A stretch of DNA of 64,000 bases, taken from the IMG/VR virus record IMGVR_UViG_3300020045_004648, positions 1 through 64,000 of that record; one strand, 5' to 3'. Source of the stretch: a virus. Its lineage: Duplodnaviria; Caudoviricetes. The translations under genes were made by a program, and so were the position numbers. Below are positions 25,432 through 35,396 of this stretch, piece after piece. Within the stretch, counting starts at the first letter, position 1. Each line of letters opens with the position of its first letter. The notes under the pieces are model-generated. The model was not told the origin of the DNA. It worked only from the letters and a program-made list of their open reading frames with translations, and made no database searches.

Positions 25432-25872
25432 ATGCCAACACAACAAGAGACTGACTCTGTTTACATGGGAGTAGCATGGCTGCACGCTAGACTCTCTAAA
25501 GGAAAAAGACTCAAAGTTGGGGCTTGTCTCGTTCTTGAATCCGGTGTCATGATTGGGGCTACAAATGGACTTCCTACTCAATTAGGGAATGAACTTGAAC
25601 TGCTTGATGAGAGTACAAGAGAACTTGTTACCAAAAAAGAAGTTATTCATGCAGAACAGCAGTGCCTTAATAAGTCGTGTCTTGAGGGTGTTAGTACAAA
25701 GAACTCTAAAATGTGGGTAACGCACATTCCTTGTAGGCATTGCTGCTCAAACATGATTGCTGCAGGTGTAACACAGGTAACGTGGCAAGAAACATATAGG
25801 GACACATCAGGTCTTGATTTATTGAAAGAAGCTGGTATAATGCAGAGACAGTTTCAATTGAATAAGGAGTAA
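25432..25872 (+). CDS. dCMP deaminase
   Basis: KVGA, HAE and PCRHC zinc motifs. Confidence 0.9.
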   Translation: MPTQQETDSVYMGVAWLHARLSKGKRLKVGACLVLESGVMIGATNGLPTQLGNELELLDESTRELVTKKEVIHAEQQCLNKSCLEGVSTKNSKMWVTHIPCRHCCSNMIAAGVTQVTWQETYRDTSGLDLLKEAGIMQRQFQLNKE

Positions 25873-25877
25873 ACACT

Positions 25878-26366
25878 ATGACGTTAGCTTTTAGAGCAAT
25901 GCAATTTGCACGAGAAGTTCACAAGGAGCAAGTACGAAAGTACACAGGAAATCCATACACAGATCATCTTGCAGAAGTTGCAGGGATTGTTTCTACAGTT
26001 TGTAAAGATAAATACAGTGTTGCGGTAGCATGGTTACATGATTGTGTAGAGGATTGTGATGTTACCGAACAGCAATTGTATTACTTCTTCGATAATACAG
26101 TTACAAAAGGTGTTATGATGCTATCAGACCTTGAACAAGGAAATCGTAAAGAACGCAAGGCTGCATCTCGTGCAAGGCTTTGTACTGCACCAGATTGGAT
26201 ACAGACAATTAAAGTTGCTGATTTGATTAGTAACACAAGTTCTATCGTAAAGCATGATCCTAAGTTTGCTGAAGTTTATCTTGAAGAGAAGCGACTGCTT
26301 CTTGATGTTCTGACCAAGGCAGATCACGGATTACTTGAGATTGCACGTAATCAAGTGAAGGAGTAA
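25878..26366 (+). CDS. RelA/SpoT-type HD hydrolase (small alarmone hydrolase-like)
   Basis: HKEQVRKYTGNPYTDHL, WLHDCVED, IKVAD. Confidence 0.85.
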   Translation: MTLAFRAMQFAREVHKEQVRKYTGNPYTDHLAEVAGIVSTVCKDKYSVAVAWLHDCVEDCDVTEQQLYYFFDNTVTKGVMMLSDLEQGNRKERKAASRARLCTAPDWIQTIKVADLISNTSSIVKHDPKFAEVYLEEKRLLLDVLTKADHGLLEIARNQVKE

Positions 26367-26368
26367 AC

Positions 26369-26617
26369 ATGCAATCAATCCTAGAATTCTTTCGAGAGAA
26401 GAAAGGGACTTTTGTAAAAACTAATGTCAGTCGTGAGAATTACACCCCAGCATGGGTTAATACACACAGCGCAACATGGTGGCCTTCACAGTGGGATGAA
26501 GTACAGGTAGAAGAAATTGACTGGGAAGCTTTTGAAGAAGCTGTGGTAGAATTTGAAGCGTCTTTCCAAAAAGGTGGAGAGAACTCACATCGTAATCCGT
26601 TGAATAAAGGAGAATAA
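26369..26617 (+). CDS. hypothetical protein
   Basis: AAGGAG SD. Confidence 0.7.
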   Translation: MQSILEFFREKKGTFVKTNVSRENYTPAWVNTHSATWWPSQWDEVQVEEIDWEAFEEAVVEFEASFQKGGENSHRNPLNKGE

Positions 26618-26620
26618 ACA

Positions 26621-27256
26621 ATGCAAGATTTTAAAGTTGGTGATAAGGTAATTGTAGTGGAGCCTGACGCTGCTCTGCTGATTGGTTCTGTTCATGTAGT
26701 GCACGATATCCGTGAAAACATGGGGTATACTTATGTGTATTTATCTGAGTCTGATAAGAGAGTTCACAAAGGATGGCTAGCTAGCCGATTTGTTAAATAC
26801 GAAGAAAAGGGGAAGAATATGCAAGAGAACAACAAAGTTGCGAACGCTGTAAAAGTTGAAATGGGTAAGAAATACCGCAGGACTGGTACGCATGAATCTG
26901 TTAGGATTATTTGCACAGATAGGGAAGATACCCATATACCTTGTATTGGTCTATATCGGGGTGAGTCTGGAGGTGAAGGTGTACTATACCTCGATGCTTA
27001 CGGTAAAGACCCATTTGATTCCAGTAAAGCCATTGAAGAAATCCCAGTAGTAGATTGGAGTAAAGTTAAAGTGGATGCACCGATTTGGATTCGAGATAGT
27101 CATTACTTAGATTTATATAAACGGCATTTTAATAAGTTTGATGGAAAATTTGTGTACTTCTGGCCTTGCGGTACAACTTCTTTTTCTTGTGAAGACCCTA
27201 CACTTAGACTATATACTGCTAATCCAAAAAACTGCTTTCTTGAGGAACCAAAATGA
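26621..27256 (+). CDS. multi-module SH3-like hypothetical protein
   Basis: FKVGDKV; possible internal start MQENN after AAGGGG. Confidence 0.7.
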   Translation: MQDFKVGDKVIVVEPDAALLIGSVHVVHDIRENMGYTYVYLSESDKRVHKGWLASRFVKYEEKGKNMQENNKVANAVKVEMGKKYRRTGTHESVRIICTDREDTHIPCIGLYRGESGGEGVLYLDAYGKDPFDSSKAIEEIPVVDWSKVKVDAPIWIRDSHYLDLYKRHFNKFDGKFVYFWPCGTTSFSCEDPTLRLYTANPKNCFLEEPK

Positions 27257-27281
27257 AAATGCAAGATGAAGGAGTACAATT

Positions 27282-27518
27282 ATGAAAGTATATTACGAAA
27301 AACCTGTACTTACAGCAGAGAAGTTAATCAAAGACATTTTAGAAATCTCTGAGAGGTATGAAACAATCACAGGAAAAGCCCCGAATAAACTTGTGTTGAC
27401 AAAGGAGGAGTTCATGGTACTTGATAAGTACTTCAGTCAATATCTTTCCTATCAAGCAGAGAAAGAAAAAGCAGATTATTTGATCTTTGAAGGAATGGAG
27501 GTTATCCTTGAGGAGTAA
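27282..27518 (+). CDS. hypothetical protein
   Basis: AAGGAG SD. Confidence 0.65.
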   Translation: MKVYYEKPVLTAEKLIKDILEISERYETITGKAPNKLVLTKEEFMVLDKYFSQYLSYQAEKEKADYLIFEGMEVILEE

Positions 27519-27522
27519 ATAT

Positions 27523-27729
27523 ATGAAATCTTTTATTATTATTTTAGTCACTTGTGCTAGTCTAAGTGGTTGTTACCAGCAAACTAGTAACTTTGATATA
27601 CATCGGGCTATTAAATTCTGTGGTTCAGTAGAGAATATTGCGTATATTAATGTAATGGCTGATGGTAACGAATCTGTAAAGTGCATGGATCAAACATACT
27701 CACTGTTGCACGAGGTGAAGGGTAAATGA
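27523..27729 (+). CDS. putative lipoprotein
   Basis: MKSFIIILVTCASLSGC lipobox; GAGGAG SD. Confidence 0.7.
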   Translation: MKSFIIILVTCASLSGCYQQTSNFDIHRAIKFCGSVENIAYINVMADGNESVKCMDQTYSLLHEVKGK

Positions 27730-28046
27730 CAACCAAAATTTTCCCAAAAGACCTAGCAAAGGCTATGTCAAATGCATCCGAAAAGATGTACACTATCTAC
27801 GAGTGTCAGGATTTCTTGGATATCTTTCGTAAGACGATTGAAGAACTTATGCTTGAAGGGTATCAGGTTAGTCTTACAGGATTTGGCACGTTCAGTCCAA
27901 AATACAGCAAGCCAAGGGTGATGCACTCAGGGCTTACGGGAAAGGATTATGAAGTTCCTGCTGGGATGACAATGAAGTTTGTTGTGTCTCCTGCTTTTCA
28001 GGAGGAGATTAAGAGGAAGTTTTTGGAACGAAAGGAAGTATCATGA
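27726..28046 (+). CDS. HU/IHF-like DNA-binding protein
   Basis: VSLTGFGTF...R..H...TG...VPA...KF motif. Confidence 0.88.
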   Translation: MTTKIFPKDLAKAMSNASEKMYTIYECQDFLDIFRKTIEELMLEGYQVSLTGFGTFSPKYSKPRVMHSGLTGKDYEVPAGMTMKFVVSPAFQEEIKRKFLERKEVS

Positions 28047-28366
28047 GCATTCTGCACAATATGCCACTGAGACTTATTGAGATTTGTGGTGTACCTATTA
28101 CAATCAGCAAGGACTACAAAGGAGAGTGGTATCTTGATTTCAACACTGGAATGAAATCAGAATTGCACTTGTACTTTATTGATGGCAAATACATTGCTAA
28201 GTGCAGATATGGTCGTGAAGACGTTATTGAAACTTTTCATGATTTTCACTACTGCCTTAAACAGTGCATGGCTGGCAGGGACTTTATGGGTGCAGGTTGG
28301 GTTGATATTTACAACGAGGGATTCGGGGAGTTTTCTTGGGATGACATTAAAGGAGACTCAAAATGA
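28043..28366 (+). CDS. hypothetical protein
   Basis: ATGA-coupled. Confidence 0.7.
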   Translation: MSILHNMPLRLIEICGVPITISKDYKGEWYLDFNTGMKSELHLYFIDGKYIAKCRYGREDVIETFHDFHYCLKQCMAGRDFMGAGWVDIYNEGFGEFSWDDIKGDSK

Positions 28367-28524
28367 GTGAAGATACACAAGATACACGGTCAGAGATAGA
28401 GAAGATGTATGATGCGATTGCTCTGAAGTTTGGTGTGAAGCGAAAGTTCAGCGAGTTACATCCTATGGAAGTACAGATGCTTTGTCAAGCAGCAACTATG
28501 GTTATGCAAGTCGTGAGGGATTGA
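28363..28524 (+). CDS. hypothetical protein (53 aa), not in ORF track
   Basis: MSEDTQDTRSEIEKMYDAIALKFG...; AAGGAG SD. Confidence 0.6.
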   Translation: MSEDTQDTRSEIEKMYDAIALKFGVKRKFSELHPMEVQMLCQAATMVMQVVRD

Positions 28525-28525
28525 T

Positions 28526-28918
28526 ATGGAAGATATTCAAGAACGTAAACTAATTGCTAATATTTGGCGTACACCAACTGGTGAAATTCTCCAGAGTAAA
28601 CACAGACACGATTTTGTAATGGATGAGGATGGAAACTTCCTCGATGGTGGTATTGGGGATTATGCACGACTTGGTGGATCACGTTCAGTAGACTGGGATA
28701 ACCTTTGTGTGTATTCTGATGATTCTCACGAGAAGAAGCGGGAATCCTTCTTTTGGGGGACTCGTGGGCCTAGTGGAGATCAACCTATTAAGTGGTTGCT
28801 TTTAAAGGAAATGCACACAGATCACATCGAATCTATCCTTGAAACACAGTGGCATATCTCTGAGCATATCCGGGATATGTTTGTTGATGAAATAGAATAT
28901 AGGAAGGGGCTTGTATGA
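28526..28918 (+). CDS. conserved-type phage protein
   Basis: L.S.HRHDF...DGG..Y motif. Confidence 0.8.
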   Translation: MEDIQERKLIANIWRTPTGEILQSKHRHDFVMDEDGNFLDGGIGDYARLGGSRSVDWDNLCVYSDDSHEKKRESFFWGTRGPSGDQPIKWLLLKEMHTDHIESILETQWHISEHIRDMFVDEIEYRKGLV

Positions 28919-28995
28919 AAGGATTATTTACTTGGAGATGTCCATTTTGTGATCGTCCACAGTGGGAATGTCGTTGTAGTGGTTGTAAGAAGTAA
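28915..28995 (+). CDS. 26-aa Cys-rich micropeptide, not in ORF track
   Basis: MKGLFTWRCPFCDRPQWECRCSGCKK; AAGGGG SD; ATGA overlap. Confidence 0.55.
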   Translation: MKGLFTWRCPFCDRPQWECRCSGCKK

Positions 28996-29004
28996 GGAAC
29001 AACC

Positions 29005-29355
29005 ATGCTAACAGTACAAAATTGGCTTGACGCTGGCTATAAGCGTTATGACGGTAAGAATCTAAATCACGCAGATTTCCTCTTGCAGAAACGTTTTGAT
29101 GATACCGAAGGTAAGAAGTATTTCCTTGACGTATGGGCTTATGACAACAGAAAATTTGAGTTCTATAGGAATAATCCTGAGTTATCTGCTTGGAGTTATC
29201 AGCCTGAAGTGCAGTTTCAAAGACGAGATGATATTACTTTAAATATTACTCTATTGATAAATGAAAGTAGTACTATTCAGGAGATTGAACAAGAAGTTGA
29301 GAAACTGTGGTTGTTTTTGGAGAAACCTTATTATGAGAGATTCAACGAATGTTGA
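29005..29355 (+). CDS. hypothetical protein
   Basis: AAGGA SD. Confidence 0.7.
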   Translation: MLTVQNWLDAGYKRYDGKNLNHADFLLQKRFDDTEGKKYFLDVWAYDNRKFEFYRNNPELSAWSYQPEVQFQRRDDITLNITLLINESSTIQEIEQEVEKLWLFLEKPYYERFNEC

Positions 29356-29391
29356 ATCAAACAAGTGAAACAGAGAAATGGATTGGATAAT

Positions 29392-29634
29392 ATGACAGTC
29401 AAAGTAAAAATCAAAGGTGATAAGATTAAAGTTCAAGCAGGAGAAGGATACTCTCATTTTGTAGAAGACTTAATGCTCCTTAAGGATAACGGTAATGGAT
29501 ACTATGTAAAGACTAAGAGTTATACATCGGTTAATCCTGATCATACATTTAACTTGGATTATTCCGAACTTGAGTATCTGTACTTTGCTTACAAGGCTAT
29601 TCTGGAGAAAGAAGGTAAAAATGAAGAATCTTGA
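29392..29634 (+). CDS. hypothetical protein
   Basis: Start MTVKVK. Confidence 0.6.
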   Translation: MTVKVKIKGDKIKVQAGEGYSHFVEDLMLLKDNGNGYYVKTKSYTSVNPDHTFNLDYSELEYLYFAYKAILEKEGKNEES

Positions 29635-29968
29635 AATCTACGATAATATATTCTACGTACTAAGCAGTGCTGCATATACTTTCGATAACCTTGATTTTAT
29701 TCTTACATGTAGTGCTTGTCCTGAACAATACGATGTAGTCTTGGTTAAGGATTATAAACGCTATCAAGTAGGGTATGTTCGTCTACGTGGTGGAAGGCTC
29801 AGTGTGGAGTGCCCTGGTGTGTTCGGAGAAGAAGTCTACTCTTGTATTTTTGATGATGCTTGGAAGGGGTGCTTTGATGATGAAGAGGAGCGGTTAGAGT
29901 ATTTGGAGAATGCAGCAGAAGCTATTCAGGAGTGGTTGAAAGGAGAGGATTATGAGTATTGCAGCTAA
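29621..29968 (+). CDS. hypothetical phage protein
   Basis: TCSACPEQYDV...VGYVRLRGG motif. Confidence 0.75.
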   Translation: MKNLEIYDNIFYVLSSAAYTFDNLDFILTCSACPEQYDVVLVKDYKRYQVGYVRLRGGRLSVECPGVFGEEVYSCIFDDAWKGCFDDEEERLEYLENAAEAIQEWLKGEDYEYCS

Positions 29969-30236
29969 ACTAATATATGGGATTCGCTACAAATATCTAC
30001 CAGAAGAAATAAAAGGTACAGTACAATATATGGTGGATAACGGTGAACTAGACTACGCCAGCCCTTACTATGATTCAGAGATTGATTCCTGGATTGTTGG
30101 GGTGGAGATTCCTTGCCGGGGTAAGGATCAGTATGTTCTCGGGTGTGAAGTAAATCATGTAGATGATACTATACCAGACATTCTTCGTAGGGATGATATT
30201 GAATTGTGGATGTATGTTACACCGCATGTGAGTTAG
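29952..30236 (+). CDS. hypothetical protein
   Basis: GGAGAGG SD. Confidence 0.7.
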   Translation: MSIAAKLIYGIRYKYLPEEIKGTVQYMVDNGELDYASPYYDSEIDSWIVGVEIPCRGKDQYVLGCEVNHVDDTIPDILRRDDIELWMYVTPHVS

Positions 30237-30244
30237 GGGGTTTA

Positions 30245-31897
30245 ATGAGTTATGATCGAAAGTTCAACGAAAGGAGTGCAGTGCAAAAAACTACACCAAA
30301 AGAAACAGTAAAAGAAGTTCTCAAGTACCCGTTTGTAGAAGCGAAGGATCGTAAGGTTCGTAAGGAGACTTGTGAACGCTTTGGCATCCGTGCAGCTTTA
30401 TCTGAGAAAGATGGGAAGACTGTAGAGGCTTATTACTTTCCTTCTTATAATCAAAAGGGACAAGTTGTTGGCTTCATGAAGCAGGACATTACAAAGGGTA
30501 AAGAGGAAGATGGTCACTGGACAGCAGTAGGTTCTGTAAATATCCAGAATAAGCTCTTCGGTCAGGATGTGGCTGAAAGTATTAACCGCAAGCGTGTTAA
30601 CCTAGTTTGCACTGAAGGGGCCTGGGATTGTGCTAGCACATTTCAAGCACTTGTAGATAGTGTAAAGGGTACTAAGTACGAAGGTATGGAACCTCAAGTA
30701 GTTTCTATCCCTTTGGGCACAAAGAACGCAGTAGAAGCTATCCTTCACAATGAAGCCTACGTGACATCTCACGACGCTCTGACTATTTATTTTGATGATG
30801 ATCACTGCACACCAGCAGAGACTAAGAAAGGCATCATGAAAGGCCATGAGGCTCGGGAGGCTGTGGCAGGGGCTTTGATTGATTCTGGGTTATCTATGAT
30901 GACTGTAACGGCTCAAGATGGCTTTAAGGATGCTTCTGATTATTTGCAAGCTGGGAAATCTTCTGAGTTGGCTAAACTGGTGCAGTTTGGGAAGAAGGTG
31001 TTTAGCACTGAGAAGATTGTACGGGCATCTGAGATTAGTTTTGATACGCTCATTGAAGAACAGCCAAAGGGTGTTATGATTGATTGCTTCCCAAAGCTGA
31101 TGGAGAGGCTCTACGGGTTCCGCGAAAAGGAACTCACAATGATTCTTGCCCCGGTAGGCGTCGGAAAATCAACTGTATGTTCTATTCTTGCGGACAATTT
31201 CATGAAAGCAGGCCACAAGGTTGGGATGATCTTCCTAGAGGAAGGTAACAAGGATACTTTTCAGCGATTGATTGCAGCAGAGCTGAAAGTTAATTATTTA
31301 AAGTTTAAACGAAACCCCCTCTCTGTATCTTCACGGGAAGCAATCAAGGAAGTTTACGATAAGATTACGGGTAATAATCAACTTGTGCTTTTAGACCACT
31401 TCGGAAGTATGCCAATTGATAGCTTGATGTCTAAAGTCAAGCACATGGTTCTTGTAGAAGGTTGTAAGTACATTCTACTGGATCATCTTTCGATGGTCGT
31501 GTCCGGGAATGAAGTAGAAAACGAACGAAAAGAGTTGGACATGGTGATGACTGCACTTGCAAGTTTCTGTGCGGCCAACTCGGTCCACTTGATAGTTGTG
31601 TGTCACATTAATAGAACGGACTCTGCACAATTTCTTCCACCAAAAGGAAAAGAAGGAGAACCATTCTGGGTTAATGTGCGTAAAGAATCTGCACGGGGTA
31701 GCGCAGCGTTGGAGCAATGTAGTTGGAATATTTTAGGTATTGAACCTGAAATTCTTCCTGACTTCTCACGAGGACGTGTTAGAATTAAAGTTCTGAAAAC
31801 CCGGTTTGGGGATTCTTTAGGGATCGCGGATGTTTTCACGCTTAATCCAGATACATGGGAAGTGGTATTGGATGATGGAGGTTCTGATAATTTTTAA
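30245..31897 (+). CDS. T7 gp4-like primase-helicase lacking the N-terminal Zn-binding domain
   Basis: TOPRIM TEG, YFDDD, KDASD; SF4 helicase Walker A APVGVGKS, LLDHL, HINR, ARGSAALEQ. Confidence 0.92.
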   Translation: MSYDRKFNERSAVQKTTPKETVKEVLKYPFVEAKDRKVRKETCERFGIRAALSEKDGKTVEAYYFPSYNQKGQVVGFMKQDITKGKEEDGHWTAVGSVNIQNKLFGQDVAESINRKRVNLVCTEGAWDCASTFQALVDSVKGTKYEGMEPQVVSIPLGTKNAVEAILHNEAYVTSHDALTIYFDDDHCTPAETKKGIMKGHEAREAVAGALIDSGLSMMTVTAQDGFKDASDYLQAGKSSELAKLVQFGKKVFSTEKIVRASEISFDTLIEEQPKGVMIDCFPKLMERLYGFREKELTMILAPVGVGKSTVCSILADNFMKAGHKVGMIFLEEGNKDTFQRLIAAELKVNYLKFKRNPLSVSSREAIKEVYDKITGNNQLVLLDHFGSMPIDSLMSKVKHMVLVEGCKYILLDHLSMVVSGNEVENERKELDMVMTALASFCAANSVHLIVVCHINRTDSAQFLPPKGKEGEPFWVNVRKESARGSAALEQCSWNILGIEPEILPDFSRGRVRIKVLKTRFGDSLGIADVFTLNPDTWEVVLDDGGSDNF

Positions 31898-31909
31898 AAA
31901 GGAATTTAG

Positions 31910-34680
31910 ATGGACATGAATGAAACTGTAGATATTGTGCATGATGCAGAAGCCTCTGGGCTTTTGGATGATAGTACAGTAGACTACACAGCAAGTCCTT
32001 GGAAACTCAAGGACTCTTTTAAGATGCACATCGTGTCTGTTCAAGAGTTTCCAAGTCAAGAGTTTATTGCATTTTACGATGGTCCTAAAATTATTCTAGA
32101 CGGAAGAACTCACAGTCAAGAAATTGAAGGCGTGGAATACAGGCTGGAGGATTACGAGCCGTTGGAATACAAGCATTTTCCACTTGCAAAGTTTAAGGAT
32201 TACATCAAGAAGCGAAAGATTAATAAAGCTATTGCACACAATGGCATCAACTATGACTTGCTTGCGTATAAGGCTTACTTTGGTCTTGACTATTCCGTAC
32301 GGGAAGAAGGCGATACGTGGGCAGGTAATATTGTGGAACACGTTGACACAATGATCCTTTCAAAAGTACTTAATCCAGATCGTATCGGTGGGCATAGTCT
32401 TGAGAATGTAGCCAAGCAGGCAGGAGGTGTGCAGAAGAAAGAGTTTCGTTATGGAATGTCTAAAGACCTTCGGTTTAAGCACTTTGCTGCGGACATGTTG
32501 CATTACAATCTGTTTGATTTGAAGTCTAATAAGTCCGTCTATAGCTACTTGATGAAGGAAAAGGGTAATCATGATTGGAGTAGTGCTATCACTACAGAGA
32601 AGTGCATTGCCGATATCATTACGCGACAAGCCCACCGGGGGTTTGCTTTTGATGCAGAACTTGCGGAAAAGAATGTTAAAGAACTTGATGTAATGATGCA
32701 TGAGGCACGTATTAAGGTTGAACCTATTCTTCCACCTAAGACTGCTACCAAGGGGTTCATGAAGGACTTCACGCCTCCAAAGAATCAATACAAGAAGGAT
32801 GGTTCTTTGTCACATCACATGGAGAACTTCATTGAGAAGTTGCAAGCTAAGAAGATTGAGCAAGATGGTAAGGTTATTGGTATTGAATTCCAAGGTAAGA
32901 CTTATGAACTTCCATTAGAAGAAGGAAAAGCCTTAGTAACAGAAGTCCCTGCTACCTTAAATGATACTACTCACATCAAAGAGTGGTTGGTTAGTCTAGG
33001 ATGGTCGCCATCAGAGTACAAGGAAAAAGACCTAACCCTGAAGACTGGAACTAAGATTAAACTAACACAAGAGGAGTATACCAAGACGGTAGATAAGTAC
33101 GTAGAACAGACTTTGAACTCTAGCCTCATGGAAGATCGTTGTGAGTTCTTAGAATGTACCCCTCGTACCCTAAAAAGTAAATTACTTTCTGTTAAGAATG
33201 GTAGGGGTATGAGGGTACGTACTAATCCTAGTTTTACTAAAGGCCAGGACAAGGAAATGTGTACGCACCTTGAGGCACTTGGAGAGAAGTTCCCGTTTGC
33301 TACTGATATTGTGAAATACTTGACGTATAAGCATAGGCGTAATTCTATCCTTGGGGGTGGTGCTGATTGGGACGATGAGGAAGATGCTGAGAAGGGCTTT
33401 ATATCTGCTGTAAGGGCAGACGGACGAATCCCAACTCCAGCGGATACTTGTGGATGTGCTACCTCACGCATGAAGCACAAATTAGTAGCAAACATTGCTC
33501 GTGTAACTTCCCTTTATGGGGAGCCTATGAGGGCTATGTTTATGGCTGATCCAGAAGATTGCTACCAGATTGGTTACGATTTTGCTAGTCTTGAGGCTGT
33601 TATTGAAGCGCACTATTGTTTTAAGTATGAAAGTCCTAATGAAGAAGGCACTAGAGAGTATTGCACATCTCTTCTACAAGAAAAGCCTAATGATGTTCAT
33701 ACTAAGATGAGCCAGAAGATTTCAGGGATCATTGGAAGTAAGTTTGAACGTGGCCCTGCAAAGAGCGTAAAATATGGTTGTACCTATGGGGCACAAGCAG
33801 CTAAGGTTGCTAAGACAATTGGTTCAGATTTGCAGGTAGGTCAGCAAGTCTTTGATGCCTTCTGGCAAGCTGCAGCACCACTAAAGAGACTAAAAGATGC
33901 CTTGCAAAAGCACTGGGAGAGTAACGATAAAAAGTACATCCTTACTATGGATAATAGAAAGGTTCCTACTCGTGCTGCACATGCCATCTTAAATAGTTTA
34001 TTTCAGTCTGCTGGTGTTATTTGTGCAAAGAAGACGATGATTATCTGGGAGCGGAAGATGCGAGAGCATGGACTACTAGTAGACTTCTGGACGGAGGATT
34101 GGAAGAACAAGTTGTGGGCACAACAGATGATAGCCTACCATAAATAATTGTGGCTTTGTATCGTGAGGTACATCGAAAAATCTTTTTAATTGCTGGAAAA
34201 CTAAGGGCGAAAGCCTATGTCAATCAGCAGGGAAGCCTAGAAATAGGAACCTTCAGAGACTATCCCGAGAGGGAGTAGGTTGCAAGTGCAATCGAAATGG
34301 AAGAGGTCTTACTAAGTAAGATCGTGAGATAGTCCGATCCTGCGGGAAACCGTAAGGCTGCAAGTAAAGTTGCGGGAGAGATTAACGAACTCTCTGAACT
34401 GTTGGATGAGGCGCAAATCGAAGTGTCCAAGAAGTTGGTGAAATTTAAAACTTTTGCCAGCAAGGAAGAATGTAACGAGTTCCGAAAGGAACAATATGAG
34501 ACTAATGGGTTAATTTGGGCTGAGACTCATGAAAGTCCAAAAGGTGGTTGGTTCACAGCCTATAGTTTACCTGGGCAATTAGTAGTAGAGGCTGTAAGAG
34601 AGACAACGGAGTTTTATAAACTAAATTGTCCTTTATCCGCTGATTATGTTTTGGGAACCAGTTGGGCAAATTGCCATTAA
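31910..34680 (+). CDS. polA: family A DNA polymerase with 3'-5' exonuclease, spliced join(31910..34141,34405..34680), 835 aa
   Basis: ExoI DAEASG, TSR, motif A GYDFASLE, motif B RGPAKSVKYGCTYG; motif C YH|DE is restored only after intron removal. Confidence 0.95.
34142..34404 (+). ncRNA. group I self-splicing intron (263 nt, ORF-less)
   Basis: Exon ends in U, intron ends in G; P1 CCAU/GUGG; P AAUUGCUGGAAA, Q AAUCAGCAGG, R UUCAGAGACUA, S GAGAUAGUCC; P7 GACUA/UAGUC; GNRA loops. Confidence 0.93.
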
Positions 34681-34694
34681 TAAAAAGGAAAAAG

Positions 34695-35276
34695 ATGAAA
34701 CAAATAATTTTTAAAGGTAGAGTTGTAGATAAGTGGATCACTAAGGAGGGTAAAGTCCTAGACGCAGAAGGGGCGGAAATGCTACTGTCTGATAATGGAA
34801 TGGGCTATCTATCTGCGTATCTTTACCCATATAAGAAGGATGGTGTGTGCAAAAGTCAGAGGGAGTATGTGCATCGCTTAGTCGCAATGATGTTTCTTGA
34901 AAATCCAGAAAACTTGCCACAAGTAAACCACATAGATTGTGATAAATCTAACAATCATGTTGATAATTTAGAATGGGCAAGTAAACCATACAACATTGCA
35001 GAGGCACACAAAAATGGAAGAATGCAAAAGCGTTATGATGTTGGTCCTGTGGTATACTTAACACCAGAAGAAGTCAGAGATGTCTACACTTCTGTGGTCA
35101 CTGGTAAAGAGGGCATATCTGAAGTAGGTAGACGGATTGGACGTTCACGTACTACAATCAGTAGTATTATCAATAAGAGAAGCAGGAGGGACATCACTGA
35201 CTTGATTGACAAGGAACTAAACTTATGCAAAAACCTTTCAAATACCTATACAACAACAAGTTTTCCTGTATACTAA
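34695..35276 (+). mobile_element. free-standing HNH homing endonuclease (I-HmuI-like)
   Basis: YVHRLVA..F...P..LPQVNHIDCDKSNNHVDNLEW plus C-terminal HTH; start moved to ATG 34695. Confidence 0.9.
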
Positions 35277-35396
35277 AGATAACTCAATCAGGGGAAATCG
35301 TCCAACGTTTCTTCATTCAGAGATGTGACCTGATGGCTCTAGCCTTGGTTTGCTGGGATAATTCAATTGATAAACTTAATTTAGAAATGGAATAAA

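Noticed and set aside
31910-34147. Truncated or pseudogene DNA polymerase as in the ORF track
   Set aside because: Explained by the group I intron; the spliced frame is intact.
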